In this document: piece by piece, positions 1 through 9,069 of the stretch
Layout of the letters: every line of letters begins with the position of its first letter
How positions within the stretch are numbered: the stretch's first letter is position 1
Assembly: GCA_965203805.1 (NCBI GenBank)
Contig: OZ241917.1
Coordinates: 5,312,001-5,376,000 of the forward strand
DNA length: 64,000 bases
Source of the DNA: Candidatus Latescibacterota bacterium
GTDB taxonomy: Bacteria; Latescibacterota; UBA2968; GCA-2709665
Direction of reading: 5' to 3'
Made by a program: the position numbers and the translations under genes
The notes under the pieces: generated by a model
Databases searched by the model: none
What the model was told of the DNA's origin: nothing
Seen by the model: only the letters and a program-made list of their open reading frames with translations

Positions 1-618
1 GGCGTTGTCGAAAAAACCATCCACAGGGGCCTCGAGCCCAAGAGCAGCAACCGGATCGTCTTCACCGGGCCCTTCGAATGGAGCCGCAGGAACCGTTACA
101 ACCTGGGGTCCGCAATCGACGTACTCCGAATCAAGCTTCGCGAGGTCCTTCGGGAGGACATGGGAGGAACCTACGGCGTGGGTGTGGGCGTGTCCACGAC
201 CCACTATCCCGAGCAGCGGTACCGTATCCGGATCAGCTTCGGCTGCGCGCCCGACAGCGTCGAGCAACTCACCCGGGCGGTTTTCGCCCAGATCGACAGC
301 CTCAAACAGTTCGGCGCGGCGGACACCTATATCGAAAAAGTTCAGGAGGGGGACCGCCGCAGTCGGGAAGCTTCCTTGAAGGAGAACGGATTCTGGCTGA
401 GATCCCTGTCGTTCAGCTATTGGAATGGTCTGGATCCCGTTGATATTCTGGCGTATGACGATCTGGTGGACGGACTCACGTCAGACACTGTCCGGGATGC
501 GGCGCGGAAACATTTCAATATGGAGAACTATGCGCGTTTCGTGCTCTATCCGGAAGCGGCGACGGGCGAACCCGAAGGCGGTTCCGGCGCTCCTCCGGAT
601 GCGTCGCGGGGGTTCTGA
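1..618 (+). CDS. M16 family zinc peptidase (PqqL-like), C-terminal part; 5' end lies outside the window
   Basis: Frame is open from base 1 (GVVEKTIHRGLEPKS...LRIKLREVLREDMGGTYGV...ENGFWL), typical of the last M16 inactive domain of PqqL-like proteases. Confidence 0.8.
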   Translation, partial: GVVEKTIHRGLEPKSSNRIVFTGPFEWSRRNRYNLGSAIDVLRIKLREVLREDMGGTYGVGVGVSTTHYPEQRYRIRISFGCAPDSVEQLTRAVFAQIDSLKQFGAADTYIEKVQEGDRRSREASLKENGFWLRSLSFSYWNGLDPVDILAYDDLVDGLTSDTVRDAARKHFNMENYARFVLYPEAATGEPEGGSGAPPDASRGF

Positions 619-773
619 TTGCTCCCGGCGAAGCGCAGTTCCTCGGGCGTCCGTCCAACGACCGGAGATCGCGCGGCAATTGCGCGCAGTGATGAACAGC
701 AGAGTCCCGGCGTGTCCAGATGCCGGGACTCGTCTTTGATGTGAGACTGGTAAACCTGACTGAGGAGCCATCG

Positions 774-1808
774 ATGCAGAGATTCGAACGGGCGGCGGAC
801 GTCAGGACCGGCGTGGTCGGATACGGAGCGGCCTTCGATATGGGACGGCGCCACCTGTCGGATATGCGCAAGGCCGGCATGACGCCGTGCGCGGTCGCGG
901 AGACGGATCCGAAGCGGCTCGCCGCCGCCGGCAGGGATTTTCCGGGAATCGAACGGTATCGCACCGTCGGTGAGATGTTGCGAGAATCGGACGTGAACCT
1001 CGTGGTGCTGATCACGCCGCACAACACGCATGCGAGGCTGGCACTGGAGTGCCTGCGGGCGGGGCGCCACGTGATCAGCGAGAAACCGTTTGCCATTACG
1101 ACGGAAGAATGCGACGCTATGATTCGCGAGGCCGGGTTGCGGGGCCTGCTGGTCACTGCGTACCATAACCGGCACTGGGACGGGTGCGTTCTGGAAGCGC
1201 TGAAGCATCTTTACGAGGAGAAGGCGATCGGCGAGATCTATCGCATCGACGCGCGTATCGGCGGATACGCGCACCCGGGGGACTGGTGGCGGAGCAGCCG
1301 GTCCATTTCCGGGGGCGTCATGTACGACTGGGGAGTGCATTTTCTGGAGTACGCCCTCCAGCTCGTGCCTTCGGACGTCGTCGAGGTCGCCGGGTATGCA
1401 AAGACCGGATTCTGGGCGGACCGGACCCCGTGGAAGGACGATACGAACGAAGACGTGGCGTGCGCGGTGGTCAGGTTCGACAACGGCGCCTGGCTGAGTC
1501 TCACGGTATCGTCGCTGGAGTCGAATCCCAGGCCCGGGCAACTGGAGATCTCGGGTACGAAAGGCAGTTACGTCTTTGACGGGCGCACGTACGAGATGAT
1601 CCGGCAAGAGGGAGATGAGAAAGTGGTGACGAAGGGCGCAAACATGCCCAGCAGGTGGGAAGCCTATTATGAGAACGTCGCCGGGCACCTGACGGCGGGT
1701 GATGATTTGATCATTACCCCGGAATGGGCCAGGCGGCCGATCCACATACTGGACCTTGCGGTGAAGAGCGCGAAGCAGAAACGGGCGATCAAAGCGAAGT
1801 ACGGATGA
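774..1808 (+). CDS. Gfo/Idh/MocA family oxidoreductase
   Basis: N-terminal GVVGYG Rossmann motif, TPHNTH, HVISEKP, GGVMYDWGVH; GAGGAG RBS before ATG 774. Confidence 0.9.
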   Translation: MQRFERAADVRTGVVGYGAAFDMGRRHLSDMRKAGMTPCAVAETDPKRLAAAGRDFPGIERYRTVGEMLRESDVNLVVLITPHNTHARLALECLRAGRHVISEKPFAITTEECDAMIREAGLRGLLVTAYHNRHWDGCVLEALKHLYEEKAIGEIYRIDARIGGYAHPGDWWRSSRSISGGVMYDWGVHFLEYALQLVPSDVVEVAGYAKTGFWADRTPWKDDTNEDVACAVVRFDNGAWLSLTVSSLESNPRPGQLEISGTKGSYVFDGRTYEMIRQEGDEKVVTKGANMPSRWEAYYENVAGHLTAGDDLIITPEWARRPIHILDLAVKSAKQKRAIKAKYG

Positions 1809-1818
1809 AGGGATTGAC

Positions 1819-3138
1819 ATGAAGAAGGACACACGGAATTCGCACTGCACCGTGCCGTCGTTGCATCCGCCCCCGGACGTGTCCAGAATGCAGGGTTACG
1901 CGTCCCGGCTGAGCGCGGCGCCGGACGATAACATCGCGTTTCGGATGACCACGTTCGCCAGAACCTACGACGTGGAATTCAGGCGCGTGGGCAAAACCGC
2001 CGCACGGATCGGTGAGTTGAAGGGGCTGCGCGGGAGGACGCAGGCCTGTCCGGAAAGGGCCTGGGAGAACGGTTGCGACTGGGAGTCTGACTTTTTCTGG
2101 ATTGTGCCGGAAGAGACGCGTTCCTGGATCTATACGGCGGAATTCACGGACGAAAAGGGCATCAGTTGTCACGTTCCGTTCGTCGTCAAACCCTATTTTC
2201 ACAGGAAGGGCGACGTGGCGGTGCTGGCTTCCACCAATACGTGGAACGCTTATAACGGATGGGGCGGCCGGTCGGCCTACAGCGAGCCACAACCCAGGAT
2301 GCTGAGCCTGGATCGCCCGATGCCCACCGCATCGCCCGAAGGCGAGGGCCGAAGCCACCTCCTGCGGGCCGAGACGTGGATTCTGGACTGGATGGAGGAA
2401 AGCGGTTACGCGGTGGACGTCTATTCGGACGTCGATCTGCACCGGGGATGGGACTGGCTGGCCGACTACGGGGCCCTCGTGATCAATACGCACAGCGAGT
2501 ACTGGTCGGAGCCGATGCGCGATCATCTCGATGCTTACCTGGCCGCGGGCGGCAACCTGCTTTACCTGTCCGGAAACGGCGTCTACTGGAAGGTGACCTG
2601 GGATTCGACCTGCCGCCTCATGGAATGCCGCAAAGACGGCAAACCTCACTACCAGAATGGCGAAGAGGGCGGGCTGTGGCGAAACCTGGGGCGGCCCGAA
2701 CACTCGGTGCTGGGGGTGGGCTACGTGCGTCCGGGATATATGACGTTCTCGCCGTATCGGGTCGAAACGGCCTCGCACTGGGCATTTGACGGCCTTGGAC
2801 TGAAGGACGGGGATCTGATTGGAGAAAACGGCGTTAACGGCGGCGGCGCAAGCGGATGGGAGGCGGACCAGGTGCGGGATGAATGGTCGCCGGAAGATGT
2901 CCAGGTCCTGGCGAGGGGGATCAACCCCCTGGACTTCATGCCGGCCGGAGAGTCGGCGGTCTATCCGGACGAAGCGTACGATTGGGATGGATCGGGTGGC
3001 GCCCATATGACCTGCTACGATCATCCCGGCGGTGGCGGGGTCTTCTCGGTCGGGTCGATCGCGTTTGGAGGCAGTCTGATCGTGGACCCGTTCCTGCAGG
3101 GGACCGTGAGAAACGTGCTGAACCGGTTTCTTCGCTGA
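1819..3138 (+). CDS. N,N-dimethylformamidase beta-subunit family protein
   Basis: TNTWNAYNGWGGRSAY, HSEYWS and LSGNGVYW motifs characteristic of the family. Confidence 0.8.
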   Translation: MKKDTRNSHCTVPSLHPPPDVSRMQGYASRLSAAPDDNIAFRMTTFARTYDVEFRRVGKTAARIGELKGLRGRTQACPERAWENGCDWESDFFWIVPEETRSWIYTAEFTDEKGISCHVPFVVKPYFHRKGDVAVLASTNTWNAYNGWGGRSAYSEPQPRMLSLDRPMPTASPEGEGRSHLLRAETWILDWMEESGYAVDVYSDVDLHRGWDWLADYGALVINTHSEYWSEPMRDHLDAYLAAGGNLLYLSGNGVYWKVTWDSTCRLMECRKDGKPHYQNGEEGGLWRNLGRPEHSVLGVGYVRPGYMTFSPYRVETASHWAFDGLGLKDGDLIGENGVNGGGASGWEADQVRDEWSPEDVQVLARGINPLDFMPAGESAVYPDEAYDWDGSGGAHMTCYDHPGGGGVFSVGSIAFGGSLIVDPFLQGTVRNVLNRFLR

Positions 3139-3171
3139 TGAATCGAGGACCAATCAACTACCGAGGTACAG

Positions 3172-4044
3172 ATGACCGCACGTTACGATCTGCATTTGCA
3201 CACGTACTGGAGCTACGATGCCCTGGCGCGGCCGGAGAGCCATTTCAAGCGGGCCCGCAGGTCCGGGGTCGATTGCTTCGCCGTGACGGACCACCACGTG
3301 CTGGATTCTCTGCCTGAGGTGCTGGAGATCGCTCAGGGCTATCCGGAGATTCGCGTCGTACCCTCGGCCGAGCTGACGATGACCACGTCGATCGGATCGG
3401 TGGACCTGCTGTGTTACGGCTTTCCCGCGGACCTGCCCGCGGCGATGGTACAGGTACTCGAGGCGTATCACGACTGGCAGCGGGCGTACGGATCGGCGAT
3501 TTCGGCCGGCCTGCAGGCGCTGGGATTGGATTTTTCGGATGCGGATCGGCTGGAACTGCTGAAGTCGTACAGGCCGTTGAAGACGATCGAGCTGCAGGGA
3601 AACACGCACGTCAAGGGCGGCGTGATCCAGCAGTACTGCGTGGATCGCGGGTTCATCGCCCGGGTCGGGGACTACGCCGATCTGATGTCGCGAGCGAGCG
3701 CGGCGAGGCGGTTCCCGCCGTATCCCAACGTAAAGGATGTGATGCCTGCGGTTAAGGAGGCCGGCGCACGGGTGGCGATCGCGCATCCATTCGGCTATTT
3801 CAAAGAAGACAGCGTGGAACGGATGGATGCGTTGCGCGTGGAATGTTCGCTGGACGGCATCGAATGCGCCCATCCGGGCGTGCCGCCCGAATTCACGGCG
3901 AAGTACCGGGAGTACTGCGAGCGCCACGGACTGTTCTCAACCGGCGGGTCCGATTGTCATACGGATGAGGACGTGGAGACGGGATTCGCCGGGCACGGCG
4001 GCCCCGACGAATGGCTGGACGAGTTTCTGGAACGGCTGGACTGA
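3172..4044 (+). CDS. PHP-domain metal-dependent phosphoesterase
   Basis: DLHLHT, VTDHH, AHP and TGGSDCH motifs. Confidence 0.9.
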   Translation: MTARYDLHLHTYWSYDALARPESHFKRARRSGVDCFAVTDHHVLDSLPEVLEIAQGYPEIRVVPSAELTMTTSIGSVDLLCYGFPADLPAAMVQVLEAYHDWQRAYGSAISAGLQALGLDFSDADRLELLKSYRPLKTIELQGNTHVKGGVIQQYCVDRGFIARVGDYADLMSRASAARRFPPYPNVKDVMPAVKEAGARVAIAHPFGYFKEDSVERMDALRVECSLDGIECAHPGVPPEFTAKYREYCERHGLFSTGGSDCHTDEDVETGFAGHGGPDEWLDEFLERLD

Positions 4045-4067
4045 CGAGCGGCGTTCTTCCCTGGGAA

Positions 4068-4152
4068 CGAGGGCACCTGCCTGCGCAGTGCCCTGCCTGC
4101 CTGTGCGTGTGGCACGCACGCAGACAGGCGCTGCAGGCAGGTCCTGCCCTCG
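4068..4152. repeat. Triple-nested palindromic repeat (REP-like host with two CCTG...CAGG inserts)
   Basis: CGAGGGCA[CCTGCCTGCGCAGTGCCCTG[CCTGCCTGTGCGTGTGGCACGCACGCAGACAGG]CGCTGCAGGCAGG]TCCTGCCCTCG; inner 33 bp is identical to 6248-6280. Confidence 0.85.
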
Positions 4153-4313
4153 AATACGCGTGACCCCAGGGGACATTTCATCTATTGGGAACGAAAGCGG
4201 CACAGAGCGGAACTCAAAGGCTTTTGGGTGGCCTTCTCGCGCTCTCCGTCTTCCGGATTTTTGTCAGCGAAAAAACAAAGGAAATCAGACGTGTTTCCAC
4301 GAATGTTGATACC

Positions 4314-5945
4314 ATGAAAGCCTCGGATCTATTCGTAAAAGCCCTCGAGGCCGAGGGCGTGGAGTTCATCTTCGCCATCCCCGGCGAGGAGAATCTGGAC
4401 CTGCTCGAGTCGTTGCGCCACTCCAGCATCAGGGTCATTCTTACCCGCCACGAACAGGCTGCGGGTTTCATGGCCGCGACGTACGGCCGCCTCACAGGAA
4501 AGACCGGGGTGTGCATGTCCACGCTGGGGCCCGGGGCGACGAATTTCGTCACCGCGGCGGCGTACGCGCAGCTCGGCGGCATGCCGCTGTTGATGATCAC
4601 AGGTCAGAAACCCATCAAGTCGAGCAAACAAGGCCATTTCCAGATCGTGGACGTGGTTGAGATGATGCGCCCTCTGACGAAATACACGACCCGAATCGTC
4701 AGCGGCGCAATCATCCCGCCGCGTGTGCGGGAGGCGTTCCGGGTGGCGGAGGAGGAAAGGCCGGGCGCCGTGCACCTGGAGTTGCCGGAAGACATCGCCG
4801 CGGAAGAGGCGGAGGCCCACCTCTTTCCCCGGGACCGGGTGCGGCGGCCCGTGGCGGAGGACAAGGCGGTTGCGCGAGCCGTTTCCATGATCCAGGAAGC
4901 CCGCCGGCCGTTGCTCCTTGTGGGGGCCGGCGCCAACCGCAAGCGCACGTCGAATATGCTCGTCCGTTTCATCGACAAGACGGGCATCCCCTGGTTCAAT
5001 ACGCAAATGGGCAAGGGTGTGGTGGATGAGCGACATCCGCTGTATCTGGGAAACGCGGCGCTGTCTTCGGGCGACGCCATCCATTGCGCCATCGAAAGGG
5101 CCGATCTGATCATCAACGTGGGCCACGACGTGGTTGAGAAGCCGCCTTTCCTGATGCGGGAGAGAGGCCTGCAGGTTATCCACGTCAACTTTTCTTCCGC
5201 AGAGGTGGACCCGGTCTATTTCCCGCAACTCGAGGTGATCGGCGACATCGGCAACAGCCTGTGGCAGATCTGGCGGAAGATCGAGCCCCAGTCCCACTGG
5301 TCGTTCGGCTACTTCATCCGGGTCAAGGCGTGGGCCGACGGGAAGCTGGCCGCCGGGGACGACGACGACCGTTTTCCGGTCCTTCCTCAGCGGCTTGTGG
5401 CCGACGTCCGGCGCGTGCTGCCCGACGACGGCCTGATCGCCCTCGACAACGGAGTATACAAGATCTGGTTCGCGCTCAATTACCGCGCCCACCAGCCGAA
5501 TACCGTGCTGCTGGACAACGCCCTGGCGACCATGGGCGCCGGTCTGCCTTCCGCCATGGCGGCCAGTCTGCTCCACCCGGACCGCGACGTGGTGGCGGTC
5601 TGCGGCGACGGGGGTTTCATGATGAACTCCCAGGAACTGGAAACCGCCGTACGATTGGGGCTGAATCTTGTCACGCTGGTGTTGCGCGATAACGGCTACG
5701 GCATGATCAAATGGAAGCAGGCCGATATGGGGCTGGCTGATTTCGGGCTGGATTACGGGAATCCCGATTTCGTGCGCTACGCCGAGAGCTACGGCGCCGG
5801 GGGACACCGGCTGGAACGGACCGACGAACTGGCAGGTTTGCTGAAGGGATGCCTCGACGCCGGTGGGGTGCACCTGATCGAGGTCCCGGTAGACTACTCC
5901 GAAAATCACAAATTGCTGGACGGACAACTGGTCTGTCCGCTATAG
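4314..5945 (+). CDS. Acetolactate synthase large-subunit-like ThDP-dependent enzyme
   Basis: IPGEENL, RHEQAAGFMA, TLGPGATN and GDGGFMMN...DNGYG ThDP-binding motif; no small subunit adjacent. Confidence 0.9.
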   Translation: MKASDLFVKALEAEGVEFIFAIPGEENLDLLESLRHSSIRVILTRHEQAAGFMAATYGRLTGKTGVCMSTLGPGATNFVTAAAYAQLGGMPLLMITGQKPIKSSKQGHFQIVDVVEMMRPLTKYTTRIVSGAIIPPRVREAFRVAEEERPGAVHLELPEDIAAEEAEAHLFPRDRVRRPVAEDKAVARAVSMIQEARRPLLLVGAGANRKRTSNMLVRFIDKTGIPWFNTQMGKGVVDERHPLYLGNAALSSGDAIHCAIERADLIINVGHDVVEKPPFLMRERGLQVIHVNFSSAEVDPVYFPQLEVIGDIGNSLWQIWRKIEPQSHWSFGYFIRVKAWADGKLAAGDDDDRFPVLPQRLVADVRRVLPDDGLIALDNGVYKIWFALNYRAHQPNTVLLDNALATMGAGLPSAMAASLLHPDRDVVAVCGDGGFMMNSQELETAVRLGLNLVTLVLRDNGYGMIKWKQADMGLADFGLDYGNPDFVRYAESYGAGGHRLERTDELAGLLKGCLDAGGVHLIEVPVDYSENHKLLDGQLVCPL

Positions 5946-5982
5946 AAAAAAACACCTCGCCCGGCCTCGAAAAGCAGCAAAA

Positions 5983-6010
5983 ACAGCTGTCAGCGCTCAG
6001 CCATCAGCTT
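5983..6010 (+). repeat. Short TCAGCnn heptamer tandem repeat; other copies at about 28967-29000, 48762-48796 and inverted at about 58697-58727
   Basis: CAGCTGTCAGCGCTCAGCCATCAGC versus AGCTGTCAGCAATCAGCTATCAGCCGTCAGC and CAGCTATCAGCGGTCAGCTATCAGCCGTCAGC; each lies just downstream of a stop codon. Confidence 0.7.
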
Positions 6011-6045
6011 GAATCAAAAGCCCAATCAGTTGACGTCTGCGCAGA

Positions 6046-6148
6046 CCTCTCCCCCCGGCCTGCCTGCGCCTGCCTGTCCCGTTGGAACGGCAGACAGGCC
6101 GAGACCTGCTCGGCAGGCAGGCCCCCTCTCCCGCGGGGAGAGGGGGAG
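6046..6148. repeat. Triple-nested palindromic repeat
   Basis: CCTCTCCCCCCGG[CCTGCCTGCG[CCTGCCTGTCCCGTTGGAACGGCAGACAGG]CCGAGACCTGCTCGGCAGGCAGG]CCCCCTCTCCCGCGGGGAGAGGGGGAG. Confidence 0.8.
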
Positions 6149-6209
6149 CAAACCAGGAAAGCCATCCGCGCACGAAGACACAAAGGGAAACCGAAAACGG
6201 CCGAAGAGA

Positions 6210-6300
6210 GGGCGACCACAAGGGTCGCCTGCCTGCGCAGCGTACTGCCTGCCTGTGCGTGTGGCACGCACGCAGACAGGCGCTGCAGGCAGGCCCCTAC
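6210..6300. repeat. GTAG-type REP interrupted by two nested CCTG...CAGG palindromes
   Basis: GGGCGACCACAAGGGTCG[6228-6293 insert]CCCCTAC; an uninterrupted variant GGGCAACCACAAGGGTGGCCTCTAC lies at about 41996-42020. Confidence 0.85.
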
Positions 6301-6386
6301 TTTGGAAAAATGGGCGCGAGGTTTGGGGATGGCAGAGTGGTGCGATCACTCCCCCCTTGAGGGGGAGTCGCAGAAGCCGAGCCGAT

Positions 6387-6455
6387 CCCTGAGCATGCGG
6401 TGCCCTGAGCATGCCTGCATTGAGCTTGTCGAAATGTCGAAGGGTTGTCGAACGG
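6387..6455. repeat. Self-nested CCTGAGCnnGTCGAAGG-type repeat (three layers)
   Basis: Three TGAGC left halves are followed by three GTCGAA right halves; a single inverted copy CCCTTCGACAGGCTAAGGG is at 21672-21690. Confidence 0.7.
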
Positions 6456-6659
6456 CCGGCGACGGCTGATGCGGTGGGGGGATCGCAGCGCTCTTTTGAT
6501 AGCTGGCAGCCTGAGAAAACATGAACGCATTTTGCGTAGAAGTCTTACTGTAGGTCCAAACCCCGCCTTTCATAATGGTCTTGACCAGCACCGTGAGATT
6601 CGATCATATTGGAATTTCGTCACCGTACCTGCCCTGCTGTATTCCGCGGGAGGTCTCCA

Positions 6660-7235
6660 ATGACCATAGTCACCAGCCGCTCGCCTATCACCGCCGAGGA
6701 GTTGTTCGAGTTACCGGACGACGGCGGTCGATGTGAACTCGTTAATGGAGAGATCATTCGAATGACGCCAACCGGAGCGGAACACGGGGTCGTCACTGCT
6801 CTCATCGGACATCTCATTCAGGAGTTTGTGACCGCTCACGCCCTCGGTCTCTGCTGCGGTTCCGAGACCGGGTTCATCCTCCAGCGGGACCCCGACGTCG
6901 TTCGCGCCCCGGACGCCGCCTTCGTCGCAAGCGGCCGTATTCCGGAAACCGGCGTCCCCGTAGGCTACTGGCCATTCGCCCCCGATCTCGCCGTCGAAGT
7001 GGTCTCGCCATCAGATCGCCTCGCCGACGTCCATGCCAAGATTGTCGATTACCTCGCCGCCGGAACCCGCCTGGTCTGGTTGGTGGAGCCAGAAACCCGG
7101 ATGGTCCACGTCTACCGTTCGGCCCGGCAGGTTGACGTGCTGGGAACGGACGACGCCCTCGACGGCGGTGATGTGCTCCCCGGGTTCCGAACGCCCGTCC
7201 AACATCTCTTTCCCCCGGATCGCCCATCGCGATGA
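6660..7235 (+). CDS. Uma2 (DUF820) family putative endonuclease
   Basis: ELVNGEI, RAPDAAFV, APDLAVEVVSPSD, YLAAGTRLVWLVEP and VLPGF motifs; GGAGG RBS. Confidence 0.92.
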   Translation: MTIVTSRSPITAEELFELPDDGGRCELVNGEIIRMTPTGAEHGVVTALIGHLIQEFVTAHALGLCCGSETGFILQRDPDVVRAPDAAFVASGRIPETGVPVGYWPFAPDLAVEVVSPSDRLADVHAKIVDYLAAGTRLVWLVEPETRMVHVYRSARQVDVLGTDDALDGGDVLPGFRTPVQHLFPPDRPSR

Positions 7236-7248
7236 ACTTTGAATTTGC
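7105..7248 (+). repeat. Direct repeat A, copy 1 (3' end of the Uma2 gene)
   Basis: 144 bp colinear with 10069-10212; about 119/144 identical by hand alignment. Confidence 0.9.
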
Positions 7249-7253
7249 ACCAC

Positions 7254-7613
7254 TCATCGTTTTTTTGTACGGCCCTTATTGTAAATCTCACCGCGATGAT
7301 CCATATCGACCGCGTGAACTTTGCCGCCAATCCTCTTGTAGAAAATTCTGTAATTTCCAGTTTCGATCCTGAACATTGGATCTTTCTTAGGCCTCCCTCG
7401 AATTTTTATTGAGCCTCGCCTGTTTTGGGGGTTTCTAAGCGCTTCGAGCCTCTCGACGGCCGACTTCCTCAACTTTGCTTGGACGCTGTTCTCAAGAAAC
7501 TTTAAAACCTGGTTCTCAATTATGAGATCTTGCAACTCCGGATCAGCCGGCGTTGGCTCCTGAGGAGGGCCTGAAGCCCTTCTTGACCTCTGCCGCCGGC
7601 GACCTTCACTCAA
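7254..7613 (-). CDS. RelE/ParE superfamily toxin
   Basis: MFRIETGNYRIFYK...VDMDHRGEIY RelE-like C-terminus, basic protein; start overlaps the upstream antitoxin stop. Confidence 0.75.
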   Translation of the reverse strand: MSEGRRRQRSRRASGPPQEPTPADPELQDLIIENQVLKFLENSVQAKLRKSAVERLEALRNPQNRRGSIKIRGRPKKDPMFRIETGNYRIFYKRIGGKVHAVDMDHRGEIYNKGRTKKR

Positions 7614-7816
7614 GTTCCACCCCTCTTTATCCTTTCCAGTTCTCTCCTGGTCTCCTCGACTGATAACGTCCTGCTCTTGCCAGTACGCATATCCTCGTCG
7701 ATCTGCAATGACCGAGCCAGAAAGGGGTCTTCGGTCGTCTCTTCAACCACTTCTTCAGGGCGCTCGCCCCAAAAAATGCGGTCGATCAGTATCCTGGCGC
7801 CACTTATGACACCCAT
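7610..7816 (-). CDS. Putative antitoxin partner of the RelE-like toxin
   Basis: Small acidic protein ending EDMRTGKSRTLSVEETRRELE; 4-bp overlap with the toxin; GAGGGG before ATG 7816 (ORF extends to 7858). Confidence 0.6.
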   Translation of the reverse strand: MGVISGARILIDRIFWGERPEEVVEETTEDPFLARSLQIDEDMRTGKSRTLSVEETRRELERIKRGGT

Positions 7817-9069
7817 ATCAGTCCCCTCGCTGCGAAAAGGTCCAAAGACCAGTACCACCCGATCCTGAGATACGCCTTGCTTCTTCAGAAGCCGCCGGGC
7901 TTTTTCGATCGGGTTTTAGGCTCTTACTCGACCACCTCATCCACGCCTTCCGTACACGCCGGACAACATCTCCAGAGCATCATTCAAGACCATGACCTCC
8001 TGTTTCATCTGATGGAACCGTTTCAATAGATCGTCCAAAATTTACCACAAGTAAAACGAAATGACAATCTTTATTGTTGACACATGCCGGAGAACTCAGG
8101 CGAAATATATCTGCAAGGTCCGTTCCTGGTAAATCAGATGAAACGCGGTTGCTATCGTCTCCTTCTCCCGTCTACTACTCGTTTACCCGTACTGTTTTCC
8201 TGAGGAAGCCGTCGGGCAGACGAAGGATTTCGTTCGGCATGGGATGAACCTGAGCGTTCGTCATTCGTCCCCGCCCTGCAGGACTGCCTTCTGAAGCACA
8301 TGCGGCAGACGGCACAGCCCCCTTTCCCGGCCTCCCGATTCCCCGATGAATCCCCTATCTGACGCAACCTCGTGTCTAATTTGATAAAAGACCGGAGTTC
8401 ATCAAGAAATCAGCAATAACATCTCATTTGTCAGTATTATTTCAACGAAATCTTATTATATTGGCACGTAGACGCAATTTGCGACACAGGTTTCAATGCG
8501 GCGTTCCGGCGCCATCCTACCTCGCGTGGCGCCGTATTGGGCGGCATGGTTCTTCTACTACTGATGTTTATGATCGCCGAAATGCGGCCACTTCAGGATC
8601 GGTTTAATGGGGCTAGTCCGGTCACCCTTTGTTGAAATCCAGAATACCAGCCGGTATGATCTGTCGCCGGAGAAGCAAGACTTGCAGCAGCAGAAGACCC
8701 TACCCGGTGAATGACGTTAAAATGTGTCCTGCCATTCCATCACTGTATCGGGTGAGCGTGATTGTGATTTTCCCTTGCCCTCTAATCCAACCGTCCTGCC
8801 GTGTCTAAGACAAGGCTGTGCTATTTTCTCGCACCTGTGCGACCCCTGGACTTCTGGCGGCAATTTGGCAGGGAGGGCATGGCCAATGCGTTCGCCAACT
8901 TCTCTGGGGTCGCTACTTTATCGGAGCCAACTACCGCCTGCGACATCGCGCGAACGCAGGACTGGCAACATACACTCAGCGACACATTTGAAAAACCTAC
9001 TTTGGGTAACACATACCCGTGTCTATTGTGTCCGAACATAAACTCGACAATGAATGGGGGGAGATTACG

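Noticed and set aside
4068-6480. Possible CRISPR array from the recurring 33-bp palindromes
   Set aside because: No regular repeat-spacer periodicity and no cas genes; the copies are nested or 2 kb apart
7860-9060. Small ORFs 8152-8367, 8724-9041 and 8801-9073, and a possible integrase or tRNA target
   Set aside because: No recognisable motifs or good RBS; no tRNA cloverleaf or recombinase residues found by eye
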